Below, in pieces: positions 48,004 through 58,642 of a stretch of DNA of 64,000 nt. The notes beneath the pieces were generated by a model. The model was not told the origin of the DNA. It worked only from the letters and a program-made list of their open reading frames with translations, and did no database searches. The stretch is from NCBI GenBank assembly GCA_963828465.1, contig CAWHEU010000002.1, positions 151,273 through 215,272 of the forward strand, read 5' to 3'. How positions within the stretch are numbered: position 1 is the stretch's first letter; each line of letters starts with the position of its first letter. The stretch comes from an uncultured Acidobacteriota bacterium. Lineage in GTDB: Bacteria; Actinomycetota; Acidimicrobiia; Spongiisociales; ZC4RG35. A program made the translations under genes and the position numbers.

Positions 48004-49923
48004 CCGCCAACATCATCACGGTCATCGCCTTGGTCGCAGGGATCGCCTGGCTGGGCATGCTCTTCGTCTCGGCCATCCGCAACCGGGGTGGCGAGGAGGT
48101 CGCTCCCAATCTTCGACCCGGTATCGACGACGAGAAGATCGAGACCCGGCGGTTGGAGGGAGGACAGAAGGCGGCCATCGCCTTCTCCGCGTTCCTCGCC
48201 ATTTCGCTCCCGCTCTATTTTCTCACCGAGCAGCAGCGACAAGAAGGCTTCGTCGTGGAGTTCGCCGAGGGCTCGATCGAGCGTGGCCGCCACCTCGTGG
48301 AAGAGTTCGGCTGTTTCAACTGCCACGGCCCGGAGGGCACCGGTGGGGTGGCCCCATATGTCGAGAAGCGCTCTGGTATTGCGGTCGAGTGGGCGGCTCC
48401 ATCGCTCAACGACGTCTTCTTCAGATACGAACAGGACGAGGTCAATTTCTGGGTCACGTACGGCCGCGGCAACACGCCCATGCCGGCATGGGGCATCCCC
48501 GGCGGTGGGCCGCTCAACGACCAACAGGTCGAAGACGTGGTCAACTATCTGGCGACCATTCAGGTCACCCAGGACGTGAACCTGTCCGACGTCGAGCCCG
48601 GGATCAGCAGCGCCCTGGACAGACTGGCCAATGCCGACGCCACGGTCGAGCTCGCCATCCTCGACCAAGAGCAGGTGGTGGCTCAGATCGAGTCGGCGCC
48701 GGCGGATGTCGCTCTGGTGGCTCCACTGGCGACACAGGCGAGGGAGGCGCTGGACGGAGCCGGCAGCGGCATCGATACCGATGCTGACGGCATCTCCGAT
48801 GCCGCCGAGACCGAGCTCAGTGAGATCTCGGCCGAGGCGGTCGCGGCGTTCCAAATCATGGAGCCGATCGCTCTCGACCCGGAGACAGCCGACGCCGAGC
48901 TGGCTGACGAGGCCCTCGCGGCCCTCGAGGTCGCATCGGAGACCGACCCCATTGTCAGGACGAACATCGGGGCCATCGAGACCGCCATCGAGGAAGGGAC
49001 ACTCGACCCGGCCATCGGGCTCAGCCCGGCCTCATTGGCCGGCCCTAGAAGAGACACGTGCCGCGGCGGAAGAGGCCGGCGTCGAAGCCGCAGGCCCGAT
49101 CGAGGATCTGGCTGGTGCAAATGAGTTGGTCGCCGCGCTGGAGGCCGCCGCAGCTGCAGATCCAGCTGTCGAGGGTGCGGCCGACCTGGCGGCCGAGGCG
49201 ACGGCGGCGATCGAGGAAGGCTCCGACCCCGATGGCGACGGATTGTCGACTGGCGCCGAGAACGCAATCAACGGTCAGATCGAGGCCGCCATCACGGCCA
49301 CCACGCCGGCCGCGATCACTTTGGTCACTCTCGATCCGACCAACCCGGCCTCGGTCGGCGGGGAGCCTGACGCCACGACTGCCAACACATTGGTGGGCAA
49401 TCTGGAGTCGCTATCTACCACTCTCTCGGTCACCGAGCAGAACCAGGACGCTGTCCTCGAGACCGCAGAGGGCGGTCTGGTCTATCTCGAGGAATCCCAA
49501 CAGGCCGAGCTCTATTCGATCGATTTCGCCGGCGTGGCGGAGGCGATGGCGTCTTCGCCCGAGGAGGCAGAAAGGGCGGTTGGTCTGTTCAACTCCAACT
49601 GCGCCCGGTGTCACACCGCCGGTTACAGCGCTGGCGTCCCCTACACCCAGGAGGCGGGCTCCGGAGGCTTCGGGCCGGCGCTGTGGGACGGCCGCCCGAC
49701 GGTGCAATTCGGCGACGCGAACCAGGACCCGGCGCAGGACCTGTTGGTCCAGTTCCTGATCAGGGGCTCCGAGGCCGAGACGCCCTATGGTCTCAACGGG
49801 TTCGGCACCGGCCGGATGCCGGCCTTCGGTGCCAGCCTCAGCATGGAGGACATCGAGTTGCTCGCCCGATATCTGCGGGGTGGGAACATGGACGGGAAGG
49901 AGGCCGCCGTTGTTCTTCCGTGA
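48000..49923 (+). CDS. large diheme cytochrome c subunit (frameshift near 49043)
   Basis: CFNCH...TPMPAWG and CARCH...RMPAFG separated by a long acidic insert. Confidence 0.85.
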
Positions 49924-50275
49924 GTTCTTCCGGTCTTTGTTCTCGGCCAACCTCTTCGTCACCGGGGTCATCCTCACTATTGCCGCGGTGGTCTTGTTCT
50001 ATGGCTCGATTTACCTCTTCAACTACACAAACCTCGGGAAGCGGCTGGGGTTCCTGGTCACCGGCGCCGCGGTGTTCGGGTGGCTGACGATCACCTCGAT
50101 GTTGTTCGTGGTCTACGCCCCACGTGGCCCCAAGCCGGCCGACATCGAGGGGCTCAACGCATTCGAGATCAGGATCATCCCGATCACCTACCTGCTCGTA
50201 TCGCTGGTGCTCTTCCTCGCCTTCCTGGTGGCGCTACACCAGTACGAGGAGGTTCAAGAGAAATCCTCTGCCTAG
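49910..50275 (+). CDS. small 3-TM membrane protein, last gene of the bc operon
   Basis: GSIYLFNYTNLGKRLGFLV..GW motif; overlaps the cytochrome c stop. Confidence 0.7.
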   Translation: MFFREFFRSLFSANLFVTGVILTIAAVVLFYGSIYLFNYTNLGKRLGFLVTGAAVFGWLTITSMLFVVYAPRGPKPADIEGLNAFEIRIIPITYLLVSLVLFLAFLVALHQYEEVQEKSSA

Positions 50276-50889
50276 AGCCTGCTGCCGTAGTAGCTGAGGA
50301 CCTGTAGCTCCATCGACAGGTCGACCTGACGCACGGAGACCTTGTCCGGCACATTCACCCGGACCGGTGCGAAATTGAGGATGGAGCGGATTCCGTGCTC
50401 GACCAGACGATCGGCCACCTGTTGTGCCGCGACCGCGGGCACGGCGAGGATGGCGATTTCGAAGCTCTTCGATGTGCAATCGCCGTCGAGGAGGTCCAGG
50501 TCCTGGATAGTGATGCTGCCCACCTTCGACCCGACCTTGCGGACGTCGGTGTCGTACAGGGCCACGACATCGAAGCCCCGGCGACTGAGCCCGGCGTAGT
50601 TGGCCAGGGCCCGGCCTAGGTTCCCGGCCCCGAGGATCGCTACGCGCTGCCGCTCGGCGATCCCGAGCTCTTGGCGTATACGGGCTTTGAGCTCAGCGAC
50701 CGAGTAGCCGATGCCCCTGACGCCGTGGAAGTCGAGGTGGGAGAGATCCCTTCGCACGTTGGCGGCATTGGCGCCTGCCGCCGCCGCCAGCTCCTCGGAG
50801 CTGACCACGTCCTTGGAGGTAGCCAGGTCTTCCAGCAGTCGGAGGTAGCGGGGTAGACGTTGGACCGTGGCCTTTGGGATTTCATTCAC
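50272..50889 (-). CDS. rex: redox-sensing transcriptional repressor Rex
   Basis: IPKATVQRLPRY, VRRDLS, GVRGIGY, GAGNLGRAL, ILNFAP. Confidence 0.95.
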   Translation of the reverse strand: MNEIPKATVQRLPRYLRLLEDLATSKDVVSSEELAAAAGANAANVRRDLSHLDFHGVRGIGYSVAELKARIRQELGIAERQRVAILGAGNLGRALANYAGLSRRGFDVVALYDTDVRKVGSKVGSITIQDLDLLDGDCTSKSFEIAILAVPAVAAQQVADRLVEHGIRSILNFAPVRVNVPDKVSVRQVDLSMELQVLSYYGSRL

Positions 50890-50891
50890 AA
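50874..50891. promoter_or_regulatory. Rex operator overlapping the rex start codon
   Basis: TTGGGAT-TTCA-TTCACAA vs consensus TTGTGAA-N4-TTCACAA (12/14). Confidence 0.55.
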
Positions 50892-50960
50892 GCTCACGAT
50901 AAACCTGCGCGGCGTGCTTGGAATCCCGGCTTCCGGCGCCGCTATCTAACCTCACCGCCA

Positions 50961-52196
50961 ATGTCTTCGCCCTCGGTCCTCGTCGTCGGTGGCGGCCCCG
51001 CCGGCTCGGCGGCCGCCTATTGGCTCGCCCGGGACGGCCACGACGTGACTCTGGTCGAGAAGAAGGAATACCCCCGGGACAAGACCTGCGGCGATGGTCT
51101 AACGCCCAGGGCGGTCCTCCAGCTCCAGGAAATGGGATTCGAGTTCGACGTGCCCGAGTTCCATCGCATCACCGGTCTTCGCTCCTATGCCGGTGACGAG
51201 TACGTCGAGCTCGAATGGCCGGAGCATTCACGCTTCCCTAGCTGGGGGGGTGTGATACGACGGAGCGACCTCGATTCCCAGGTGGCCACCCTCGCCGAGA
51301 AGCAGGGCGTGAGGATCATGGAGAAGACCACGGCCACGCCCGTGATCGAGGACGGTTTCCTCTCCGGTGTCACGCTGGACCACAACGGATCCCAGGAAGT
51401 GGTCACACCGATGATCAGCGTCATCGCCGATGGCTCCATGAATCGATTTGGGCGGGAGCTTGGGAACGAGCGGCGCAGGGATTACCCGATGGGCATGGCG
51501 GCCCGCGGCTATTACGCATCGCCTCGCTCGAAAGACCCCTTCCTCGAGAGCCAGCTCGATCTGAGGGACTCGTCTGGGGCAACCATGCCCGGCTACGGGT
51601 GGGTGTTCCCCCTCGGCGACGGAACGGTCAACGTGGGGGTCGGCCTGCTCTCCACGTTCACCCGCTGGAAGCACGTCAACACCACCCACATGATGGCCGA
51701 CTACGTGGCCACGGCCCCCGACTACTGGGAGCTGTCGGAGGAGTCGAAGCTGACCAACCCGGTCGGCGGCAAGCTGGCAATGTCCTTCTCCAAGGGACCG
51801 CTGGTGGGCGCCAACTGGATAACGATCGGAGACGCGGCAGGGGCCATCAACCCGTGGAACGGAGAGGGCATCTCCTACGCCTACGAGACCGGTCGCATCG
51901 CCGCCGAGCACGTAGGCCGGGCATTGGGGACTGCAGATTTCGGGCTGTTGCGCCGATATCCACAACAACTCGAGGATGAGTACGGGCTCTACTACAAGAT
52001 GGCCCGCATCTTCGTGAAGCTGATCGGTCACCCGCCGGTGATGCGGACTCTGGCCCACACCGGGCTGAACAGCCGATCGTTGATGGAGTGGACTTTGAAG
52101 GTCATGGCGAACTTGCTCGACGAAGACGACAAGCACATGGGGGAGAGGACTTACGATGCCCTGGCTGCGGTGGTCCGGACCCTGCCGACATCGTGA
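50961..52196 (+). CDS. geranylgeranyl reductase family protein (MenJ-like menaquinone reductase)
   Basis: GGGPAGS, PRDKTCGDGLTPR, GYGWVFP, GDAAG.INPWNGEGI; this family commonly lies upstream of nuo in actinobacteria. Confidence 0.85.
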   Translation: MSSPSVLVVGGGPAGSAAAYWLARDGHDVTLVEKKEYPRDKTCGDGLTPRAVLQLQEMGFEFDVPEFHRITGLRSYAGDEYVELEWPEHSRFPSWGGVIRRSDLDSQVATLAEKQGVRIMEKTTATPVIEDGFLSGVTLDHNGSQEVVTPMISVIADGSMNRFGRELGNERRRDYPMGMAARGYYASPRSKDPFLESQLDLRDSSGATMPGYGWVFPLGDGTVNVGVGLLSTFTRWKHVNTTHMMADYVATAPDYWELSEESKLTNPVGGKLAMSFSKGPLVGANWITIGDAAGAINPWNGEGISYAYETGRIAAEHVGRALGTADFGLLRRYPQQLEDEYGLYYKMARIFVKLIGHPPVMRTLAHTGLNSRSLMEWTLKVMANLLDEDDKHMGERTYDALAAVVRTLPTS

Positions 52197-52858
52197 AGCC
52201 AGAGCTGCTCGTCTTCGACGTCAACGAGACATTGCTCGACATGTCGCCGCTGCGGATCGACTTCGAGGACGTCTTCGGCGACCCTGACGCGATAGGCGAG
52301 TGGTTCGCACGTCTCCTCCACGGGTCCTTGGTGTCGAACGAGCTCGACGAATACCGAGCGTTCGGGGTGATCGGCGTCGAGGCACTCTTGCTGGTGGCTG
52401 AGCGGCGCGGGGTGGACCTCGATGAGGCGACCGCCACCGAAGTCGTCACCCGACTCGCCATCCTTCCCGCTCATCTCGACGTGATCCCGGCCCTCGAGCA
52501 GCTTCTAGATGCCGGCTTCCGCACCGCTGCCCTGACCAACGGCAGCACCAAGGCGGCCAACGTTCAGATCGAGAACGCGGGCCTCCACACCTTCATCCAA
52601 CGGGTGATCTCCGTCGAGGAAGTGGGGCGGTTCAAGCCTGACCCGGCCACTTATCGCCACGCCGCCCAGGCGATGGACGTGCATGTCTCCAAGTCGATGC
52701 TCATCTCGGCCCACGACTGGGATGTGGCCGGGGCAGTGGGTGCCGGTGCCGCGGCCGCCTTCGTGCGGCGGCCCGGTTACGTGTGGAGTCTGCCCGACCC
52801 CATGCCCGAGACGATTGGGACCGACCTCAAGGAGATCGCGGACCAGCTGATCGGATGA
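52193..52858 (+). CDS. haloacid dehalogenase type II
   Basis: FDVNETLLD, LTNG, FKPDP, SAHDWDVAGA. Confidence 0.88.
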   Translation: MKPELLVFDVNETLLDMSPLRIDFEDVFGDPDAIGEWFARLLHGSLVSNELDEYRAFGVIGVEALLLVAERRGVDLDEATATEVVTRLAILPAHLDVIPALEQLLDAGFRTAALTNGSTKAANVQIENAGLHTFIQRVISVEEVGRFKPDPATYRHAAQAMDVHVSKSMLISAHDWDVAGAVGAGAAAAFVRRPGYVWSLPDPMPETIGTDLKEIADQLIG

Positions 52859-53875
52859 TCAGACCCGGGGAGCAACCTCCTCGGCGAGCTGTGTCATCAG
52901 GTCGACCTGGGCCCCGTATTCGAGGGTTGTGAAGTAGCTGCGGGCGGCGAATTCCACCGGTACACCAGCCTTTTCCCTCAGCTCGAGCAGGGTCTCCACG
53001 ATCTGGTCGCTGGACCCTGCGATGGTGGCGCGGCGGAATAGTGCCTCGCGATCGTCCTCGGTCATTCCCGGAGCCGCGGGTGGTGGCCCGGGCCTGTTGG
53101 CGGAGGCCTCCATGTCGGAGTACTTCCATGTCATCTGCCACAGGTGTTCGGTGTACCGGGCCCATGCCTCGTCGGTGGACGCCCCGGGGAGGATCACCGA
53201 ATAGTGGACGATGCGCAGCTCAGCCGGGTCCCGTCCGATTCGCTCACACTCGTTCCTGATCCACTCCAGTTGGCGGAGGAAGCCGTTGGCAGAGGCGTTG
53301 GAGTAGATCCCGTCGGCGAGACGTGCGGCCCGTCTGATCGCCGGTTCGGCGCCACCCCCGATCAGGATCGGGATGCGCTTCGACGGGGCGGGCCGGACCG
53401 CGAGCTCCCCGAATTGGTACACCTCGCCCTGATGGGTGAACGGCTGGGCGGTCCAGGCCTGCGGGAGGATCGTCAGGATCTCCTCCATGGCCCGGCCCCG
53501 CTGGTCGATCCGGGCGCCGAGACGGTCGAACTCGACCTCGCTCCAGCCAAGACCCAGGCCGAGCGTGAATCTCCCTCCACTGAGAAGACTGACGGTGGCT
53601 GCGTCCTCAGCGAGTCGAAGGGGGTGGTGGAGAGGGGCGAGGATCACACCGGTGCCGATCTCGATGGTGGAGGTCGCGGCAGCGATGGCACCGCTGACCA
53701 CGGCAAGGGATGGCATGTAGCCGTCGTCGACGAAATGGTGCTCAGTGGTCCAGACCGAGGAGAGGCCAAGACGCTCCGCTTCGACGGCGATTGAGATGGT
53801 TTCTTGATAAGCCCGGGACCAATCGGTCTCGCCGGGTTTCAATTGTGCGCTGAGAAGGCCGAATCCGAGGGACAT
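52859..53875 (-). CDS. LLM-class flavin-dependent oxidoreductase
   Basis: WTTEHHFVDDGYMPS, HPLRLAEDAA, AIRRAARL. Confidence 0.88.
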   Translation of the reverse strand: MSLGFGLLSAQLKPGETDWSRAYQETISIAVEAERLGLSSVWTTEHHFVDDGYMPSLAVVSGAIAAATSTIEIGTGVILAPLHHPLRLAEDAATVSLLSGGRFTLGLGLGWSEVEFDRLGARIDQRGRAMEEILTILPQAWTAQPFTHQGEVYQFGELAVRPAPSKRIPILIGGGAEPAIRRAARLADGIYSNASANGFLRQLEWIRNECERIGRDPAELRIVHYSVILPGASTDEAWARYTEHLWQMTWKYSDMEASANRPGPPPAAPGMTEDDREALFRRATIAGSSDQIVETLLELREKAGVPVEFAARSYFTTLEYGAQVDLMTQLAEEVAPRV

Positions 53876-54017
53876 GGAGGCAGGTTAGGTCTGGGTCGGG
53901 GGTGCGCGGTCCTGGTCCTCGAGCAGGTGGGTGAGAAATCCGACAGATTCCATAGGGTCGTCTCCAGGTTTCTACCGACGATTGATGACGGACAAGGCTG
54001 AGGAGGGAAGACAAGGT

Positions 54018-55129
54018 ATGAATGAGAACGAGGCCCCGCCGCAGAGAGATCGCAAGACGAGTGCGATCGTCGTGCTCGGGGCGATCTTCGGGCTCCTCGT
54101 CGGCCTCATCATTGGATTCATCGTGGCCGCGGGCCTATCGGACGCGCCCTCCGCTGGACCAAGCACCACAGAGGCGAACAGCGGGACCGCTCCACAGGGC
54201 ACAGCATCCCTAGTGACGACCCAGCCGCCGGTGACGACCATCCCGGGTCAGCCGGCAGACCCCAACGCGGTTACGACCGACGCATCGATTACGGATCTGA
54301 TCAGCGAACTCTCTGGCGAGCCGGCGGTGCTCGTCGGCGCTGGGGACATCTCGGACTGCGGCAATGACGGCGACATCATTACCGCCAACTGATCGACGAG
54401 GTCATCGCCGAGTGCCCCGAGGCCATCGTCTTCACCGCCGCGACAACGTCTACCCGGACGGCACATCGGAGGAGTTTGCGTCGTGTTATGCAGAAACCTG
54501 GGGTCGCTTTAAGGCACAGGACGCGGCCGTCACCGGGCAATCACGACTACATCACCCCCGATGCTTCCGGCTACTTCGGTTACTTCGAGGAGGCGGCCGG
54601 CAACCAGAGCGAGGGCTATTACGGGTACGAGGCCGGCGAATGGCAGGTGCTCGCTCTGAACTCCAACTGCGACGAGATCGGGGGCTGCGATCTGGGTTCA
54701 CCCCAGCAGCAGTGGCTAAGTGGGGAATTGGCGTCCTCCGACGCGCTGTGCACTTTGGCTTACTGGCACCATCCTCTGTTCAGCTCAGGCCTTCACGGCG
54801 GCGAACGCTCGGTTCAGCCTCTCTTCCAGGCGCTCTACGACGACGGAGCCGAAGTCGTCGTGAGCGGGCACGATCACCACTACGAGAGATTCGCTCCCCA
54901 AGACGCCAACGGAACCCACGACCCGGTTGCTGGAGTCAGGGAGTTCGTGGCGGGCACAGGAGGAACCGGAAACCGGCCGATCGCTCTGATCGCGGCCAAC
55001 AGTGAGTCACGTTTCACCGACGCATTCGGCATCCTCAAGCTGAGCCTCTACTCCGATGGATACGAGTGGGAGTTCGTCAGTGAAGGCGGCTCCGGGTTCA
55101 CCGACGTCGGGATCGGGGTCTGCCATTAA
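54018..55129 (+). CDS. membrane-anchored metallophosphoesterase (purple acid phosphatase-like; about 3 frameshifts)
   Basis: GAGDI, DNVYP, PGNHDY, YWHHP, SGHDHHYERF across three ORFs. Confidence 0.75.
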
Positions 55130-55201
55130 TCCTGCCGGTGTCTGACACGTAGTCTCGAGGTTCCGCCGTCAGTGTCATACAGCCCCAGAGAGGAGGACCG
55201 C

Positions 55202-55792
55202 ATGGCAAAGCTCGTAGTTGTCGAACAGCTCTCCCTGGACGGAGTAATGCAGGGGCCAGGTGGCCCGGATGAGGACCGAAGTGGCGGGTTCGAGCATGGT
55301 GGATGGGCGATGCCCTATTTCGACGAGGTCGCCGGTGAGGAGGCCGGCAAGTCGATGGCGGAGACGGCCGCATTCCTCTTCGGACGCAAGACCTACGAGA
55401 TCATGGCCGCCTATTGGCCCAATCATCCTGACAATGACATTTTCTCCAACGTTCTCAACAGCTTGCCCAAGTACGTGGCGTCAACCACCCTCGACGAGCC
55501 CTTGGCCTGGTCAGGCTCCAGTCTTCTGATAAGGGTGAGGTCGCCGGAGGCGGTGGCCGCGCTCAAAGAGGAGCTGGACGGGAACATCGTCGTGCTGGGC
55601 AGCGGTCAGTTGGCTCGGACCCTCATGGAGCACGACCTCGTCGACGAGTACGGATTGACGATCCACCCGCTGACGCTCGGGTCCGGCAAGCGACTCTTCG
55701 ATGAGAAGGGTGCGATGCGCCCGTTGAGCCTCGTCGATTCGAAGACCTCCACGACCGGAGTGATCCTGGCCACGTACCGGCCCGAGGGCTGA
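55202..55792 (+). CDS. dihydrofolate reductase/RibD C-terminal family protein
   Basis: [37 protein letters not shown]. Confidence 0.88.
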   Translation: MAKLVVVEQLSLDGVMQGPGGPDEDRSGGFEHGGWAMPYFDEVAGEEAGKSMAETAAFLFGRKTYEIMAAYWPNHPDNDIFSNVLNSLPKYVASTTLDEPLAWSGSSLLIRVRSPEAVAALKEELDGNIVVLGSGQLARTLMEHDLVDEYGLTIHPLTLGSGKRLFDEKGAMRPLSLVDSKTSTTGVILATYRPEG

Positions 55793-55828
55793 TTTACCCC
55801 ACTCTCGAGCCGGTCCTATCCTCAGAGG

Positions 55829-56239
55829 GTGACTCTGGCCGACTATCTGCCGATCGGGATCATGCTCGTCCTGGCCGCAGCTTTCGTCGCCGTTTCCCTC
55901 ATCGCCTCCAGCCTGGTTCGCCCCAACAACCCCACCGAGGCCAAGCTCGACCCCTACGAGAGCGGCATCGTCCCGGAGATGGAGCCCGTGCAGCGGTTCC
56001 CGGTCAAGTTCTATCTGGTGGCGATGCTCTTCGTCATCTTCGACGTCGAGATCATCTTCCTCTTCGCCTGGGCCTCGATCTACGACAGCCTCGGCTGGTA
56101 CGGGGTGGCGGCGATCTTCATCTTCACCTTCTTCGTCGCCGAGACCCTCGCCTATGTCTGGAAGCGGGGCGCACTCGACTGGAACGTCCATCGTCGGGCC
56201 CGCTACATCCCAACCGACGCCACCGACGAGGCCGCCTGA
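55829..56239 (+). CDS. nuoA: NADH-quinone oxidoreductase subunit A
   Basis: [26 protein letters not shown]. Confidence 0.95.
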   Translation: MTLADYLPIGIMLVLAAAFVAVSLIASSLVRPNNPTEAKLDPYESGIVPEMEPVQRFPVKFYLVAMLFVIFDVEIIFLFAWASIYDSLGWYGVAAIFIFTFFVAETLAYVWKRGALDWNVHRRARYIPTDATDEAA

Positions 56240-56706
56240 TGGCCACCACCGCTCCGGGAAACCTGCTCATGACGACGATCGACAAGGCAGCGCGGTGGGC
56301 CAAGACCCGCTCGATGTTTCCCGCCTCGTTCGGACTGGCGTGTTGCGCCATCGAGATGATGGCCACCGGGACGGCCCACTACGACCTGAGCCGGTTCGGG
56401 ATGGAGGTGTTCCGTGCCTCGCCACGGCAGTCCGATCTCATGGTGGTGGCGGGGCGGGTCAGTCAGAAGATGGCCCCCGTGCTGCGACAGGTCTACGACC
56501 AGATGCCCGACCCGAAATGGGTGATCTCGATGGGTGCCTGCGCATCCACCGGGGGCATGTTCAACAACTACGCCCTGGTCCAGGGTGTCGATCAGGTGGT
56601 CCCCGTCGACATCTACGTGCCGGGCTGCCCGCCAGGACCGCAGAGCCTGATGCACGGCATCCTGACTCTGCACGACAAGATCATGAAGGGTGAGATCGCC
56701 AGTTGA
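56239..56706 (+). CDS. nuoB: NADH-quinone oxidoreductase subunit B
   Basis: [26 protein letters not shown]. Confidence 0.97.
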   Translation: MATTAPGNLLMTTIDKAARWAKTRSMFPASFGLACCAIEMMATGTAHYDLSRFGMEVFRASPRQSDLMVVAGRVSQKMAPVLRQVYDQMPDPKWVISMGACASTGGMFNNYALVQGVDQVVPVDIYVPGCPPGPQSLMHGILTLHDKIMKGEIAS

Positions 56707-57242
56707 CCGACGACACCGGCGCCGTCGAGACCGAGGAAGCCGTCGAGGTCCCCGAGCGGCCACTCCCCGACAACGAGGTCCTGAAAGGCTTGTTCGAGCC
56801 ATTCGAGGACGTGTCTTGGGAGGATTCGCTCGGCCAGGACGTGGCGCGGGTGCCCAATGAGCGCTGGCTGGACTTCGCCACCGCTGCGAAGGAGGCCGGG
56901 TTCGAGGTTTGTGTCGACGTCACGGCGGTGGATTGGATGCGCTCTCGCTCCGACCGTTTCGAGGTGGTGGCCAACCTCCTCTCGATGCAGCATCGTCTTC
57001 GGCTTCGCATGAGCACCACCGCCCCTCGTCTCGAGCCAACCGTCGCCTCGCTCGTCCCGGTCTGGCCCGGGGCGAACTTCGCCGAGCGCGAGGCGTATGA
57101 CATGTTCGGGATCGTCTTCGAAGGGCACCCGGATCTGACCCGCATCCTCATGCCCGACGAGTGGGAGGGCCACCCGCTGCGCAAGGATTTCGGCGTGGGC
57201 GCGGTGCCGGTGCAGTTCAAGGAAAGCCACAAGGTGAGCTGA
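56703..57242 (+). CDS. nuoC: NADH-quinone oxidoreductase subunit C
   Basis: [31 protein letters not shown]. Confidence 0.95.
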   Translation: MTDDTGAVETEEAVEVPERPLPDNEVLKGLFEPFEDVSWEDSLGQDVARVPNERWLDFATAAKEAGFEVCVDVTAVDWMRSRSDRFEVVANLLSMQHRLRLRMSTTAPRLEPTVASLVPVWPGANFAEREAYDMFGIVFEGHPDLTRILMPDEWEGHPLRKDFGVGAVPVQFKESHKVS

Positions 57243-57243
57243 G

Positions 57244-58584
57244 ATGAGCGACGACGCCAAGACCCTCGACGTATGGGTGGCCGGCACCGAGGAGCCGGAA
57301 TTGACACCGACGGACGAGGGCGCCCAGGAGATATCGATCGACGAGTCGGGTCGGCGTCTCGACGAGCAGTTCGGGCGGGTGGTCGAGGACGATTACGTCT
57401 TCGACGACGAGGCCGAAGAGGACGAGCGGATGATCCTCAACATGGGCCCCCAGCATCCGTCCACACATGGCGTGCTCCGACTCCAGATCGAGCTGGAGGG
57501 GGAGATCATCCGGCGCACCAAGCCCATCATCGGCTACCTCCACACCGGGATGGAGAAGACCGGGGAGCAGCTCAACTTCTCCCAGGGCGGCACCAACGTG
57601 ACCCGTATGGATTACCTGGCCCCACTCCACAACGAGCTCGCCTACTCGCTGGCTGTGGAGAGACTCCTCGGGATCGAGGTCCCGCCTCGTGCTGCCGCGA
57701 TCAGGGTCCTTCTCACGGAGTTGAACCGATGCTCGTCGCATCTCGTCGCGCTGGCAACCAACGGGATGGACATCGGGGCCATCTCCATGATGATGTACGG
57801 GTTCCGGGACCGGGAGCAGATTCTCGCCTTCTTCGAGAAGACGACCGGGCTGCGCATGAACCACAACTTCATCCGGCCGGGTGGCGTGGCTGCGGACCTG
57901 CCGCCCGGCTGGAAGGACGACGTAGCCGCCATCATCGAAGAGCTCCCGAGGCGGCTGGGTCAGTACGACGACCTCCTCGAGCACAATCCGATCTGGGTGG
58001 CCCGCACCAAGGGCGTCGGTGTCCTCTCGGCCGAGGAGGCCACCGCTTACGGGATCACCGGGCCGACGTTGCGCTCCACCGGTGTCGATTGGGACATCCG
58101 CAAGGCTTTCCCGTACAGCGGCATCGAGCAGTATGAGTTCGAGGTGCCGCTCGGCGAGCATGGCGATGTCTACGACCGCTACCGGATCAGGGTCGAGGAG
58201 ATCAAGCAGTCGCTGTCAATCGTCGAGCAGGTCATGGACACCATCCCTAAGGGCGACTTCCGGGTCGACGACCGGAAGGTCACGCCGCCACCGAGGGCCC
58301 GGATCGACGAATCGATGGAGGCGCTGATCCACCATTTCAAGTTGTTCACCGAGGGGTACAAGGTCCCTGCGGGGGAGACCTATGTAGCCGTCGAGTCACC
58401 CCGAGGCGAGCTGGGCTGTTACCTGGTGTCCGACGGCGGGGCCCACCCTTACCGGATGCATACTCGCGCACCTTCGTTCGCCAACCTCCAGGCCCTTCCA
58501 ATTGCCATGGCGGACTCTCTGATGGCCGACACCGTCGCCACCATCGCCTCCCTCGACCCGGTGATGGGGGACGTCGACCGGTAG
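57244..58584 (+). CDS. nuoD: NADH-quinone oxidoreductase subunit D
   Basis: NMGPQHPSTHGVLRL, GYLHTGMEK, ESPRGELG, DPVMGDVDR. Confidence 0.97.
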   Translation: MSDDAKTLDVWVAGTEEPELTPTDEGAQEISIDESGRRLDEQFGRVVEDDYVFDDEAEEDERMILNMGPQHPSTHGVLRLQIELEGEIIRRTKPIIGYLHTGMEKTGEQLNFSQGGTNVTRMDYLAPLHNELAYSLAVERLLGIEVPPRAAAIRVLLTELNRCSSHLVALATNGMDIGAISMMMYGFRDREQILAFFEKTTGLRMNHNFIRPGGVAADLPPGWKDDVAAIIEELPRRLGQYDDLLEHNPIWVARTKGVGVLSAEEATAYGITGPTLRSTGVDWDIRKAFPYSGIEQYEFEVPLGEHGDVYDRYRIRVEEIKQSLSIVEQVMDTIPKGDFRVDDRKVTPPPRARIDESMEALIHHFKLFTEGYKVPAGETYVAVESPRGELGCYLVSDGGAHPYRMHTRAPSFANLQALPIAMADSLMADTVATIASLDPVMGDVDR

Positions 58585-58642
58585 GCCCACGCCGGTACGC
58601 GGTTTCGCCCGATCTAACGGTGATACCTAATCTCCGGCGTCG

